This document shows, piece after piece, positions 51,701 through 62,314 of a DNA stretch of 64,000 nucleotides (the stretch's first letter is position 1; every line of letters begins with the position of its first letter). The notes under the pieces were generated by a model that was given only the letters and a program-made list of their open reading frames with translations, did no database searches and had not been told where the DNA came from. Made by a program: the position numbers and the translations under genes. The stretch is from NCBI RefSeq assembly GCF_009914755.1, contig NC_060935.1. One strand, given 5' to 3'. Origin of the DNA: the human T2T-CHM13v2.0 reference genome, Homo sapiens.

Positions 51701-54115
51701 GCTGGAAGCCCCAGTACCGGCTGACCGCTGAGCCTTGCAGGCGCTTCGCGCTTCTGCGCATCGTGAACGTGGAGAAGCGCCGGGACTCGGCGCGAGGGAG
51801 TCGCTTCCTGCTGGAGCTGGAGCTGCAGGAGCGCGGGGGCGGCCGCCTGCGACTGTCCGAGTACGTCTTCCTGCGGCTGCCGGGAGCCCGCGTAGGGGAT
51901 GCAGACGGAGAAAGTCCCGAACCCGCTCCCGCCGCCTCCGTGCGCCCCGACGGCCGCCCCGAGCTCTGCCGGCCACTGCGCCTGGCCTGGCGCCAGGACG
52001 TGATGGTTCACTTCATCGTGCCAGGTTCGCAGGGCGGGCTCGGGGTGTCCGGGAGACCTCGTGGAAGGAACATGGACCCTAATGACTAGGAAAGGGTGTG
52101 GGTGTCCGGGATGAAGTTCTTCGGAGCTGGGAGGCCCCACCGTAGAGTCAGCGTCGGCTCAGCGCCCCCCCCGCCTTTTCTCCTCCAGTGAAAAACCAGG
52201 CACGGTGGGTGGCACAGTTCCTGGCGGACATGGCTGCGCTGCACGCGCGCACCGGGGACTCGCGTTTCAGCGTCGTCCTGGTGGATTTCGAGAGCGAGGA
52301 TATGGACGTGGAGCGGGCCCTGCGCGCCGCGCGCCTGCCCCGGTAACGACCCCTACTTCCACCTGGGCGGACCCAGCGCAGCTTTCCTCCCCGGGAGATG
52401 GGTTTTCCTGACCCCACCCCCAGAGATCGTGCCTGTGACTCGCCCTCCCCAGGTACCAGTACCTGAGACGAACCGGGAACTTCGAGCGCTCCGCCGGGCT
52501 GCAGGCGGGAGTGGACGCGGTAGAGGTCCGAGGGCCCCATGGGGGTCGGGGAGCAAAACGGGGCGTGCCCGGGGAGGAGCGGAGGGCGGGGCTCAGACCT
52601 CCCGCACCCCCCAGGACGCCAGCAGCATCGTGTTCCTCTGCGACCTGCACATCCACTTCCCACCCAACATCCTGGACGGCATCCGCAAGCACTGCGTGGA
52701 GGGCAGGCTGGCCTTCGCGCCCGTGGTCATGCGCCTGAGCTGCGGGAGCTCGCCCCGGGACCCCCACGGTGAGGCCCCGAGCGTCCCACCCTGTGATACC
52801 AGGGTTCCCACCAACCGCCGCGGTAAAGTCCAGGAACCCGGGGCCTCTCTCAATTCCCAGGGGAGGCCTGGGAGTCCATCAGTGCTCCCCGTAGTGCCCA
52901 GAGCCCCAGTCCCCCCGCACCAGCACACCCAGGGCCATGCCAGGGGCCCCAGGAACCTCCTCCAGTATCCCGCGTTTATGCACCGCGCTCCAGGGTCATG
53001 ACCCAGTACCACCGGACGACTCCCGGAAGCCCCCGTGGTGATGGGACCCGGCACCTGACCCCTCCCGAGGTCTCCTAGCGGCGCTTTGCCGGGGGGACCT
53101 TGCAGGACCTGGTCTGAAGGGTAGCACCCCTCACCCTCCCGCCCCAGGTTACTGGGAGGTGAACGGCTTTGGCCTTTTTGGGATCTACAAGTCGGACTTT
53201 GACCGGGTTGGAGGAATGAACACGGAGGAGTTCCGAGACCAGTGGGGGGGTGAAGACTGGGAGCTCCTGGACAGGTGACCACCTCCCCACTCCCCAGAGG
53301 TGACACCCTGACCCCTGCGTCCTCCTCCTCTGAATGGGGAAGGGGGATTTATGCCCCCCACGGCGCCCACATGCTGAGAGAACTCTGCCCTTCCCGGTCT
53401 TCCCAGTATCCTGTAGGCCTGGAGAGACTCCTCCACCCACATCACTTCTGAAACCCTGTCCCACCCCCAGGGTCCTGCAAGGTCAGGGACATCCCTGAAC
53501 CAGCTCTGCCCCCGATCCCATAGGCCCTGGGTGGCCCTGAGTCCCCATCATCCCACTGGGGCCATGCAGGCTCGAGGCAGCCCTGACACCCCCAGCCCCT
53601 GGACCAGGGTACTGACCACCTCTCCGCCCCCGGCCCCGGGGTCCTGACCACCTCTCCGCCCCCGGCCCCGGGGTCCTGACCACCTCTCCGCCCCCGGCCC
53701 CGGGTTCCTGACCACCTCTCCGCCCCCGGCCCCGGGGTCCTGACCACCTCTCCGCCCCCGGCCCCGGGTTCCTGACCACCTCTCCGCCCCCGGCCCCGGG
53801 GTCCTGACCACCTCTCCGCCCCCGGCCCCGGGTTCCTGACCACCTCTCCGCCCCCGGCCCCGGGGTCCTGACCACCTCTCCGCCCCCGGCCCCGGGTTCC
53901 TGACCACCTCTCCGCCCCCGGCCCCGGGGTCCTGACCACCTCTCCGTCCCCAACCCCGGGGTCCTGACCACCTCTCTGCCCCCGGCCCCAGGGTCCTGCA
54001 GGCAGGGCTGGAGGTGGAGCGGCTCCGACTGCGGAATTTCTATCACCACTACCACTCCAAGAGGGGCATGTGGAGCGTCCGCAGCAGGAAGGGCTCTCGC
54101 ACGGGGGCGTCTTGA
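42271..54115 (+). CDS. B4GALNT4: Beta-1,4-N-acetylgalactosaminyltransferase 4, whole spliced CDS (20 exons, 1039 aa)
   Basis: N-terminus [27 protein letters not shown] (type II signal-anchor). The 20 GT-AG exons join in consistent phase to 3120 nt. Catalytic motifs FLCDLHIHF and QWGGEDWE; C-terminus ...RKGSRTGAS*. Confidence 0.97.
44576..44679 (+). CDS. B4GALNT4: B4GALNT4 exon 2
   Basis: ctgcag|ATGGT...GCG|gtgag; [11 protein letters not shown]...EEEQA; 104 nt restores phase 0. Confidence 0.9.
45129..45221 (+). CDS. B4GALNT4: B4GALNT4 exon 3
   Basis: polypyrimidine tract-ctgcag|CCC...GAG|gtgag; [10 protein letters not shown]...PWREE; 93 nt. Confidence 0.92.
45319..45414 (+). CDS. B4GALNT4: B4GALNT4 exon 4
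   Basis: ccccag|TAC...CAT|gtgagt; [15 protein letters not shown]...FPH; 96 nt. Confidence 0.93.
45493..45583 (+). CDS. B4GALNT4: B4GALNT4 exon 5 (PA14-like region)
   Basis: ccccag|ACG...GACG|gtacgg; [27 protein letters not shown]; 91 nt. Confidence 0.93.
45658..45758 (+). CDS. B4GALNT4: B4GALNT4 exon 6 (PA14-like region)
   Basis: actag|GAGAC...AAG|gtacc; [17 protein letters not shown]; 101 nt. Confidence 0.9.
45916..45983 (+). CDS. B4GALNT4: B4GALNT4 exon 7
   Basis: ccccag|ACT...CG|gtgagt; [22 protein letters not shown]; 68 nt. Confidence 0.92.
46217..46295 (+). CDS. B4GALNT4: B4GALNT4 exon 8
   Basis: ccccag|GCTC...GGC|gtgagt; [26 protein letters not shown]; 79 nt. Confidence 0.93.
47152..47540. 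repeat. Polypurine minisatellite in intron 8, 15-bp unit GGAGGAGGAAGGGAG
   Basis: About 390 bp, almost entirely G/A. Confidence 0.95.
47784..47850 (+). CDS. B4GALNT4: B4GALNT4 exon 9
   Basis: ccgcag|TGG...CAG|gtgcg; [22 protein letters not shown]; 67 nt. Confidence 0.92.
47962..48096 (+). CDS. B4GALNT4: B4GALNT4 exon 10
   Basis: ccccag|ATGAG...CTCA|gtgaga; [16 protein letters not shown]...DPRDTFFL; 135 nt. Confidence 0.92.
48170..48279 (+). CDS. B4GALNT4: B4GALNT4 exon 11
   Basis: ctgcag|CTCCA...TTT|gtgagt; [36 protein letters not shown]; 110 nt. Confidence 0.93.
48397..48497 (+). CDS. B4GALNT4: B4GALNT4 exon 12
   Basis: ccccag|GTG...AG|gtgggc; [25 protein letters not shown]; 101 nt. Confidence 0.93.
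48574..48674 (+). CDS. B4GALNT4: B4GALNT4 exon 13
   Basis: ccccag|GTTT...GACG|gtgagt; [21 protein letters not shown]; 101 nt. Confidence 0.93.
48744..49650 (+). CDS. B4GALNT4: B4GALNT4 exon 14 (large Pro/Arg-rich and acidic stem, then start of the conserved C-terminal region)
   Basis: ccgcag|ACTTC...GG|gtatgg; 907 nt open frame ending IDWQRTF...[15 protein letters not shown]...NARHG. Confidence 0.92.
50340..50560. repeat. Degenerate tandem repeat in intron 14, about 74-bp unit, 3 copies
   Basis: GGGGCAGAGGATGGAG...TGATGGAAGGTTGCGAGCAGAGCA three times. Confidence 0.85.
51741..52024 (+). CDS. B4GALNT4: B4GALNT4 exon 15
   Basis: ttgcag|GCGC...CCAG|gttcgc; [15 protein letters not shown]...VHFIVP; 284 nt. 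Confidence 0.93.
52189..52342 (+). CDS. B4GALNT4: B4GALNT4 exon 16
   Basis: ctccag|TGAAA...CG|gtaacg; [12 protein letters not shown]...VLVDFESED; 154 nt. Confidence 0.93.
52453..52525 (+). CDS. B4GALNT4: B4GALNT4 exon 17
   Basis: ccccag|GTAC...GAG|gtccga; [24 protein letters not shown]; 73 nt. Confidence 0.92.
52615..52768 (+). CDS. B4GALNT4: B4GALNT4 exon 18 (DLH metal-binding motif)
   Basis: ccccag|GAC...CACG|gtgagg; [13 protein letters not shown]; 154 nt. Confidence 0.94.
53148..53274 (+). CDS. B4GALNT4: B4GALNT4 exon 19 (WGGED motif)
   Basis: ccccag|GTTAC...AG|gtgacc; [41 protein letters not shown]; 127 nt. Confidence 0.95.
53612..53995. repeat. VNTR, 32-bp unit, 12 copies, overlapping the last 3' splice site of B4GALNT4
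   Basis: CTGACCACCTCTCCGCCCCCGGCCCCGGG(G/T)TC repeated; the last unit reads CCCCAG|GGTC. Confidence 0.96.
53992..54115 (+). CDS. B4GALNT4: B4GALNT4 exon 20, coding part
   Basis: ccccag|GGTCCTGCAG...TCTTGA; [27 protein letters not shown]...; 124 nt. Confidence 0.94.
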
Positions 54116-54410
54116 GGACGGGCAGCCCCTCCCAGCCCCGGTGGGAGTCCCGAGGCAGCTGCTGGGGGCTGGGCTTTGAGCTCGGTCCCGAGAGACCCGG
54201 CAGGGCTGGTCAGAGGGGCACAGCCACCGCCTGTGCCTGCCCCTCTCTGGCCCACTGGGCGTCGTGCCCCTCCCCGGAGAGGCAGCCTTCACGGCGGGTC
54301 AGGGCCTGGCCTTGGTCCCCACTCTGCGATGATTTCTGTGAAATTTTGCTGTAGCGATGACATTGTTTTCAGAATTTCCAAGAGTTCTGTCTGTTCTGTT
54401 TTTTATTCAG

Positions 54411-54421
54411 AATGAAATGAA
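54411..54421 (+). terminator. Probable non-canonical polyadenylation signal (tandem AATGAA) of B4GALNT4
   Basis: AATGAAATGAA about 300 nt after the stop, with U-rich sequence on both sides; no AATAAA in this 3' region. Confidence 0.5.
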
Positions 54422-55084
54422 ATATTTTTTTTAGTTCTGACTAGTCCTCTGTGCCTGTTCTCTTGAGAGGTAGAGTCCTCTCCCCTGGGGGACCCTGAGC
54501 ACGACCTCCTGACTCCCAGCCGCAGCCCTTCCGGACCTCTCCTTCTCCTACCCCCAAGACCACTTTCCCCTTCCTGCCTGTGAGGTTCTGTGCCGGGCCC
54601 TGTGGGGAGGGGGCTTCCGACTTCCTCCGCCCTGTGTCTATGGGGTCTGTGCCCGCTGATAACAGACATAGATAGCACAGGGCCCTCCCACACTGAGGCG
54701 AGGAATGAGCAGTCACCACCTCAGTTCCCCTCATTCTGCAAACAGAATCGGGGTGTCATTCCCACCCCAGCCTCCTCTAGGGTGGAGGAGCTGCTGCACC
54801 CAGGTGGGGCATGTCGTGTGCTGGGGTTGGGGGTGATCAGGCAGAACTCAGGGTTGCCAGAAACAGAAACCCAACTCAAGCCAGTGAAGCCGTAATCAGG
54901 GGGCCTGTATGACTTTGGAACCCTCCAGGTCAGGGTCAGCAGGACACCAGAGAAGGACAGACTCAGAGGCTGGTCGAAGCCCACTCCTGCCTTGTCTCCT
55001 CTCTGCCTGTGGGTCCAGCTCAGTCCTGGCCTGGGCCAGGTCACAGGAGGGAGGCTGTACTCTGCCAGGCAGCGAGTGAGTGTG

Positions 55085-55745
<661 letters not shown>

Positions 55746-56687
55746 TTCTACCTCCTCGTTCACACGGGGTGGGAAAATAGCTCCTAGGCCCAGCAGCCAG
55801 AATTGTCCTCTGCAGATACGTCCTGAGGTCACTGCTCACCGTGCACTCACGGCAGCTGGGCGGTGGAGCCGAAGGAAGAACCAGGGGGACCTGCCGTGGA
55901 CCAGAGCGGCATCCAGTCGCCTGGTGTGGGCTTCACAGGTCCTGCTGGTCCACAGGTGTGCAGGTCCACAGAGGTGCCCGCAGGGCAGGGGACATGGCTG
56001 GCCACACACATGCCCAGAAGCCATGTGCTGACCAGCTGTCCTGCCCGCTGATCCCTGTGTATCTAGTTCAGATGGACTTGTCCCCACTCACAGATGTTTC
56101 GCAGCAAGAGAAGAACTAGCCTTGGATTTAATGATCCACGCTAACCCAAGAAAATGAGAAAAGGATAGAAGAAATGTAAACCACAGGCAGGGGAAGCCTG
56201 CACATCAGAAAGAGAATTAACCTTGGAAAACAAAAAAGTCAAAATTCCATGTAATCTGGACGATTCACACCATCATTTAATCCGTTTAGCAATGATTCAT
56301 TGCACACTCACTACATGTCCCGCACTGAGGAAAAGGCAGGGAACGGAACAGACAAAAACTGCTGCCCCCAAGGATCTTACATTCTAATACGGGGGGGAGC
56401 GGGGCACGACGACGCCATCAATAACACATCTGGTATACCAGCTGGCGGCAAGGGCAGTGGAGAGAAAGGAAGCCCGGGAAGGCAGCAGCCCATGTGAGCG
56501 TGACTGCGTTTCTAAGCAGGGTGCTCAGAAAGACCAAGCGTGAGAAGGTGAAGGCGGCCGAGGACACAGGCGGGGGAGGGCAGGGGTCAGCGGCAGCCTT
56601 TGAGGAAATTTCTTAAAAATCAATGATAAGGCTGGGCATAGTGGCTCACACCTGTAATCTCAGCACTTCGGGAGGCTGAGGCAGGAG

Positions 56688-59600
56688 TGATGGCAGCGGT
56701 GGCCCATCTAGAGTGGACACTGCCAAGATGCTGGCCGCAGCGGAGAGGCATGGCAGGGCCTCCCACTCCACAGAGCAGGCAGGAGCTCGGCCCTCCTGGG
56801 CACTGGGTTCGTTTGCGTGCACCTCAATATTCCTGTGCTCTTGGGGGCCCAGGAAGGCCCCCACCCGGCCCCCTGTAGGCTCAGAAGTACCTGCTCCTGC
56901 TGCCCCTGCGGAGCCTGGTGCTTCCAGTAGCTGGAACCGGGGCCCACAGTCCGCTCCCAGAGGTGTCTCCCAGCATGGTTGCGAGTCGGGTGAGGGGCGG
57001 CCCCAGGCTGCCCCTGAGTGTTGGAACTGCAGGGGGATCTTGTGGTGACATCGCCTCCCTCTGCCCCGGATGCCGACCCGGGCTCTGTGAGGGCCGAAAG
57101 TCTTCACCCCAGGCTGCAAGGAGGCGGACAGGGGAGCAGGATGACTGCAGGAGCAGCAGTGGCGGCAGCAGGTCCCCAGTGCCCCATGTCCCCAAGGCTG
57201 CCGACGGTGCCACCCCCACCCTCACACAGCTGGGCAAGACCCACTCCCAGGCCTGGAACCCCCACAGCCGGGCAAGACCCACTCCCAGGCCTGGAACCCC
57301 CACAGCCGGGCAAGACCCACTCCCAGGCCTGGAACCCCCACAGCCGGGCAAGACCCACTCCCAGGCCTGGAACCCCCACAGCCGGGCAAGACCCACTCCC
57401 AGGCCTGGAACCCCCACAGCCGGGCAAGACCCACTCCCAGGCCTGGAACCCCCACAGCCGGGCAAGACCCACTCCCAGGCCTGGAACCCCCACAGCCGGG
57501 CAAGACCCACTCCCAGGCCTGGAACCCCCACAGCCGGGCAAGACCCACTCCCAGGCCTGGAACCCCCACAGCCGGGCAAGACCCACTCCCAGGCCTGGAA
57601 CCCCCACAGCCGGGCAAGACCCACTCCCAGGCCTGGAACCCCCACAGCCGGGCAAGACCCACTCCCAGGCCTGGAACCCCCACAGCCGGGCAAGACCCAC
57701 TCCCAGGCCTGGAACCCCCACAGCCGGGCAAGACCCACTCCCAGGCCTGGAACCCCCACAGCCGGGCAAGACCCACTCCCAGGCCTGGAACCCCCACAGC
57801 CGGGCAAGACCCACTCCCAGGCCTGGAACCCCCACAGCCGGGCAAGACCCACTCCCAGGCCTGGAACCCCCACAGCCGGGCAAGACCCACTCCCAGGCCT
57901 GGAACCCCCACAGCCGGGCAAGACCCACTCCCAGGCCTGGAACCCCCACAGCCGGGCAAGACCCACTCCCAGGCCTGGAACCCCCACAGCCGGGCAAGAC
58001 CCACTCCCAGGCCTGGAACCCCCACAGCCGGGCAAGACCCACTCCCAGGCCTGGAACCCCCACAGCCGGGCAAGACCCACTCCCAGGCCTGGAACCCCCA
58101 CAGCCGGGCAAGACCCACTCCCAGGCCTGGAACCCCCACAGCCGGGCAAGACCCACTCCCAGGCCTGGAACCCCCACAGCCGGGCAAGACCCACTCCCAG
58201 GCCTGGAACCCCCACAGCCGGGCAAGACCCACTCCCAGGCCTGGAACCCCCACAGCCGGGCAAGACCCACTCCCAGGCCTGGAACCCCCACAGCCGGGCA
58301 AGACCCACTCCCAGGCCTGGAACCCCCACAGCCGGGCAAGACCCACTCCCAGGCCTGGAACCCCCACAGCCGGGCAAGACCCACTCCCAGGCCTGGAACC
58401 CCCACAGCCGGGCAAGACCCACTCCCAGGCCTGGAACCCCCACAGCCGGGCAAGACCCACTCCCAGGCCTGGAACCCCCACAGCCGGGCAAGACCCACTC
58501 CCAGGCCTGGAACCCCCACAGCCGGGCAAGACCCACTCCCAGGCCTGGAACCCCCACAGCCGGGCAAGACCCACTCCCAGGCCTGGAACCCCCACAGCCG
58601 GGCAAGACCCACTCCCAGGCCTGGAACCCCCACAGCCGGGCAAGACCCACTCCCAGGCCTGGAACCCCCACAGCCGGGCAAGACCCACTCCCAGGCCTGG
58701 AACCCCCACAGCCGGGCAAGACCCACTCCCAGGCCTGGAACCCCCACAGCCGGGCAAGACCCACTCCCAGGCCTGGAACCCCCACAGCCGGGCAAGACCC
58801 ACTCCCAGGCCTGGAACCCCCACAGCCGGGCAAGACCCACTCCCAGGCCTGGAACCCCCACAGCCGGGCAAGACCCACTCCCAGGCCTGGAACCCCCACA
58901 GCCGGGCAAGACCCACTCCCAGGCCTGGAACCCCCACAGCCGGGCAAGACCCATTCCCAGGCCTGGAACCCCCACAGCCGGGCAAGACCCACTCCCAGGC
59001 CTGGAACCCCCACAGCCACCTCAACCTCGCTTCCTGCCGTGTCCCGGGAGCCCGTGAGCACCCAGCTGAAGGCACAGCCGGGTCTCGTGGAACCAGCCCT
59101 GGGAGCAGTGGGTTTATTTGTGCAGGGTTGGCAGGGCGGGAGCACCACGGGGGCAGCTGCAGCCAGCCAGGTTGCTGCTGTGTGGACCCAGGCCTCCTGG
59201 TGGTCTTGGGGGCCAGGGAGGACCCCCTAACACCACAGGCTTGGGGGTGTCCCTGCTCCTGGCGCCCACTCTGATCTTGGAGTGGGGTCGGGGCCAAGCC
59301 CGGGTGTTGTTGCAGCCCAGCCGGGTGTGCACCCTCAGAGCAGTGCCGAGATGCCAGTCCCCTGCCACCTCAGCCCCTCCAGACTTTGGGCACCAATGAG
59401 TGTGGGAGGGAGGCCAAGATGGAGCTGGGGGCAGCTCAGTGCTGGCCTGTGGGCACCCCTTGGCACGAGCGGCCTGGGCACCATGGGCGGCAGTGGGAGG
59501 CAGACAGGCTCCTGGGAGGGAATGGGCAGGTCCCTGGTGAGGCTCCACCTTCAAGCCAGGGTGGGCCTGAAGGCTGGGGGCCAGGCTGACAGTCCTGAGG

Positions 59601-60139
59601 ACCACAGTGGGGACTTGTGGTGCCTTTTCCGGGCCCACCCATGGCTGCCCATGCACCAGTTGGCATGAATTTCCTCCCCTCTGAGGCCCATAAAAGCCCT
59701 GGGTTCAGCCAGAGTGGAGAAGAGGACAGAGAGACGACGGGATGACCAGCTGCAGAAAGGAGCTACCCTCACTAGGGCCTCCTCTTTGCTGAGCATTGCA
59801 GGCCTTGGGTCAACCAACTGCAGAGAGGAGTTACCCTCTCTGCTGATAGCTGCAGGCATTGGGTCGACCAACTGCAGAGAGGAGCTGCCCTCTCTGCTGA
59901 GAGCTGAACACTCGTTGGGACGACCTTCCTGCAGAGAGGAGCCACTCACTCCCAGCCTCCTCTCTGCTGAGAGCCTCTGAGCCGTTCTGACACTTAATAA
60001 AGCTCCTCTTCGTCTTGCTCACCCTCCACTTGTCTGTGTACCTCATTCTTCCTGGACACAGGACAAGAACTCAGGCAAAGGTGCTCCTGGCCACAGAGGT
60101 TTCTGGCCAGAAAAGCAACACCCCAAATATCCCACAACA
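56688..60139 (+). mobile_element. MER52-type long GC-rich LTR (5' LTR of a provirus) carrying a 1.8 kb VNTR expansion
   Basis: Begins TGATGGCAGCGGTGGCCCATC; TATA-like CATAAAA near 59690; AATAAA near 59996; ends CACAACA and is followed by a PBS. Confidence 0.75.
57232..59017. repeat. VNTR, 38-bp unit, 47 near-identical copies
   Basis: GGGCAAGACCCACTCCCAGGCCTGGAACCCCCACAGCC; 1786 bp = 47 x 38; one visible variant (CCATTCCC, about 58951). Confidence 0.97.
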
Positions 60140-60143
60140 TGTT

Positions 60144-60161
60144 TGGGGGCTCGTCTGGGAT
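60144..60161 (+). other. Retroviral primer-binding site, tRNA-Pro type
   Basis: TGGGGGCTCGTCTGGGAT versus canonical TGGGGGCTCGTCCGGGAT, immediately 3' of the LTR. Confidence 0.85.
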
Positions 60162-60816
60162 CTGCACAAGGGTAAGTAAAAGTGGATCTTCTCTTTCTGT
60201 CCTTTCTTCGTGGTCCTTAAACTCAACAGCTAAAATGAAAGAAAAATACCAGGCCTCTGTCAATTAGTTAAAAGTGACGACTAGTCTCCAAGCACCAGAC
60301 TCAACACATGGAGGCCAGGCTTGCTGGGGAGGACACTGTCAAGCCCCCATCACCCTCAGGTATTGGGAATGTTGGCTTTGTTCCAACCCAGTTTTCCTTC
60401 ATGGAGGTCTAGCTGTCACGTGGGACCAGAAGGAGGTCCTAGAGCAACTGGGGGTATTTGGCTGAGGTTACCCCTTGGAGTTATCCAAAGGCCCCTGGAC
60501 TGACTCCAGTCCCCAGCCTCCCATGAGGGTGTTGGCACAAAGACCTCCACTCTTTCCTATCATTCTTTTCTGTCTTTCTTTTGTGGCTGTCATGGTTCCT
60601 ATCTCTTCTTTATGTACAATGTTAAATGTTAAGGATGTTGTTGCAAACCAGAAATATTACTGGGTAGAATGAGCATTTGACTGAGTCATCAAAACTATAA
60701 AATGGAAGGTTAAGAATAGCACAGACGAAGTAAAGTGTGCCTTGGTATCTGTATGTAAATTTGTGGCAAAAATGTTCTTGTTATTTCCTTGGCCGCCAAC
60801 TTGGTGCCAAGCACCT

Positions 60817-60967
60817 TGAGACCCAGAAAAGAAGCATGGTCTCAGGAAGGAAGCTTTTCTGTAAACGTGAGACCCAGAAGAGAAGCATGGTCTCAGGAAG
60901 GAAGCTTTTCTGTAAGTGTAAGACACAGAAGGGAAGCATGGTCTTGGGAGGAAGCTTTTCTGTAAAT
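60817..60967. repeat. Tandem repeat, 51-bp unit, 3 copies
   Basis: TGAGACCCAGAAAAGAAGCATGGTCTCAGGAAGGAAGCTTTTCTGTAAACG. Confidence 0.88.
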
Positions 60968-62020
60968 GTGAGGGCCAGTGATCCCAGGCCTCGTGTGTGC
61001 AGGCTTTCTTTGCCTTGCAGGGTAACTTGGACCTTTGCCTCTACTGTAGGATTGATCCAGCCCTCCTGGTGGCCATCTCAGGAGAGGCTGCAAGAGGCAA
61101 TCCCAGGGAAATAGAGAAGCAAACCCCAGAGGCACCTCCAGTGGAGGAATCAAACCCTTCACTCCTCCCTACTCAGGTTCTCTCTCAAGCTTTCCCCAGC
61201 CTAGAAATCCTCATTTTAGGCCATTCTGAGTCAAATTAAGGGGGATCTTGGCAAGTTTTCAGATGGCCCTGACAGATACATGGAGGCTTTCCAGAACTTA
61301 ACCCAAGTATTTGAGCTCTCCTGGAAGGATATCATGTTACTTCTGAATCAAACCCTGACTGCTGAAAAGCAGGCCACCCCGCAAGCGGCAGAGAATTTGG
61401 GGGATGAGCTGTATATCTTATATAGGGCCAGGGAAGAAGAGAAGCTTTATCCAATTGGATGAATAGCAGTACCATTGGAGGACCCTAAATGGGACCCCAG
61501 TGATAAAATGGGAGAATGGAGGATGAAACACTTTCAGATGTGATACTGGAGGGCTTGTGAGGGAATGGGACTGGGCTTCTCATTGCACTTGGCTGGAGGG
61601 CTTATGAGAGAAAGGGGCTGGGCCTCTTGATTGCACCAGGCTGTCCATGGTAGAGCAGGGATTGGCCCCACTGCCTTCCTGGGGGATGGCAGGGGCCTTG
61701 GTGAAGTGTGCCTCTCTGTCTCCTGACTCAGTCAATGAACGGCTGGTCCTAGGGGATGAGGAGATGAGTTCATTGCACAGGCGGCCCCTGATGTCAGAAG
61801 GAGGATGCGGGAATGGGCTGTGGGACCAGATGGTACTTTGGGGGCATCCTGGGAGGGGCCACCTCAGTTTTTTCCAGTGGGAACCGGGAGGAAGTCCAGA
61901 AAAGAGAGAGGAGATATAGGAAGAAGGCAAAGGCTCTTAACAGCTGCCCTGTGGGCTCATGGACCCCAGGATCCCTAGATACACCTGTGACTGCTGCAAA
62001 TGTGTTGGGCTAGGGCCCCA

Positions 62021-62282
62021 CAGGAGGGTTTCCAGACAGTGCAGGGAGGAGGGTCCTTCATGAGGGTTTCCACACAGTGCAGGGAGGAGGGTCCTTCAGG
62101 AGGGTTTCCACACAGTGCAGGGAGGAGGGTCCTTCAGGAGGGTTTCCACACAGTGCAGGGAGGAGGGTCCTTCAGGAGGCTTTCCAGACAGTCCTGGGAG
62201 GAGGGTCCTTCAGGAGGGGCTTTCCAGACAGTGCAGGGAGGAGGGTCCTTCAGGAGGGGCTTTCCAGACAGTGCAGGGAGGC
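62021..62282. repeat. VNTR, about 38-bp unit, about 7 copies
   Basis: CAGGAGGGTTTCCA(C/G)ACAGTGCAGGGAGGAGGGTCCTT. Confidence 0.92.
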
Positions 62283-62314
62283 CACCTTGACCCTGTCCAG
62301 TTTGCCTTGGGGAC

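Noticed and set aside
57232-59017. CRISPR-like regular 38-bp periodicity
   Set aside because: The units are contiguous with no unique spacers, there are no cas genes, and the DNA is eukaryotic; this is a minisatellite.
56881-59297. ORFs of 620-770 aa on both strands
   Set aside because: They are translations of the stop-free 38-bp VNTR; open in multiple frames with no domain or splice support.
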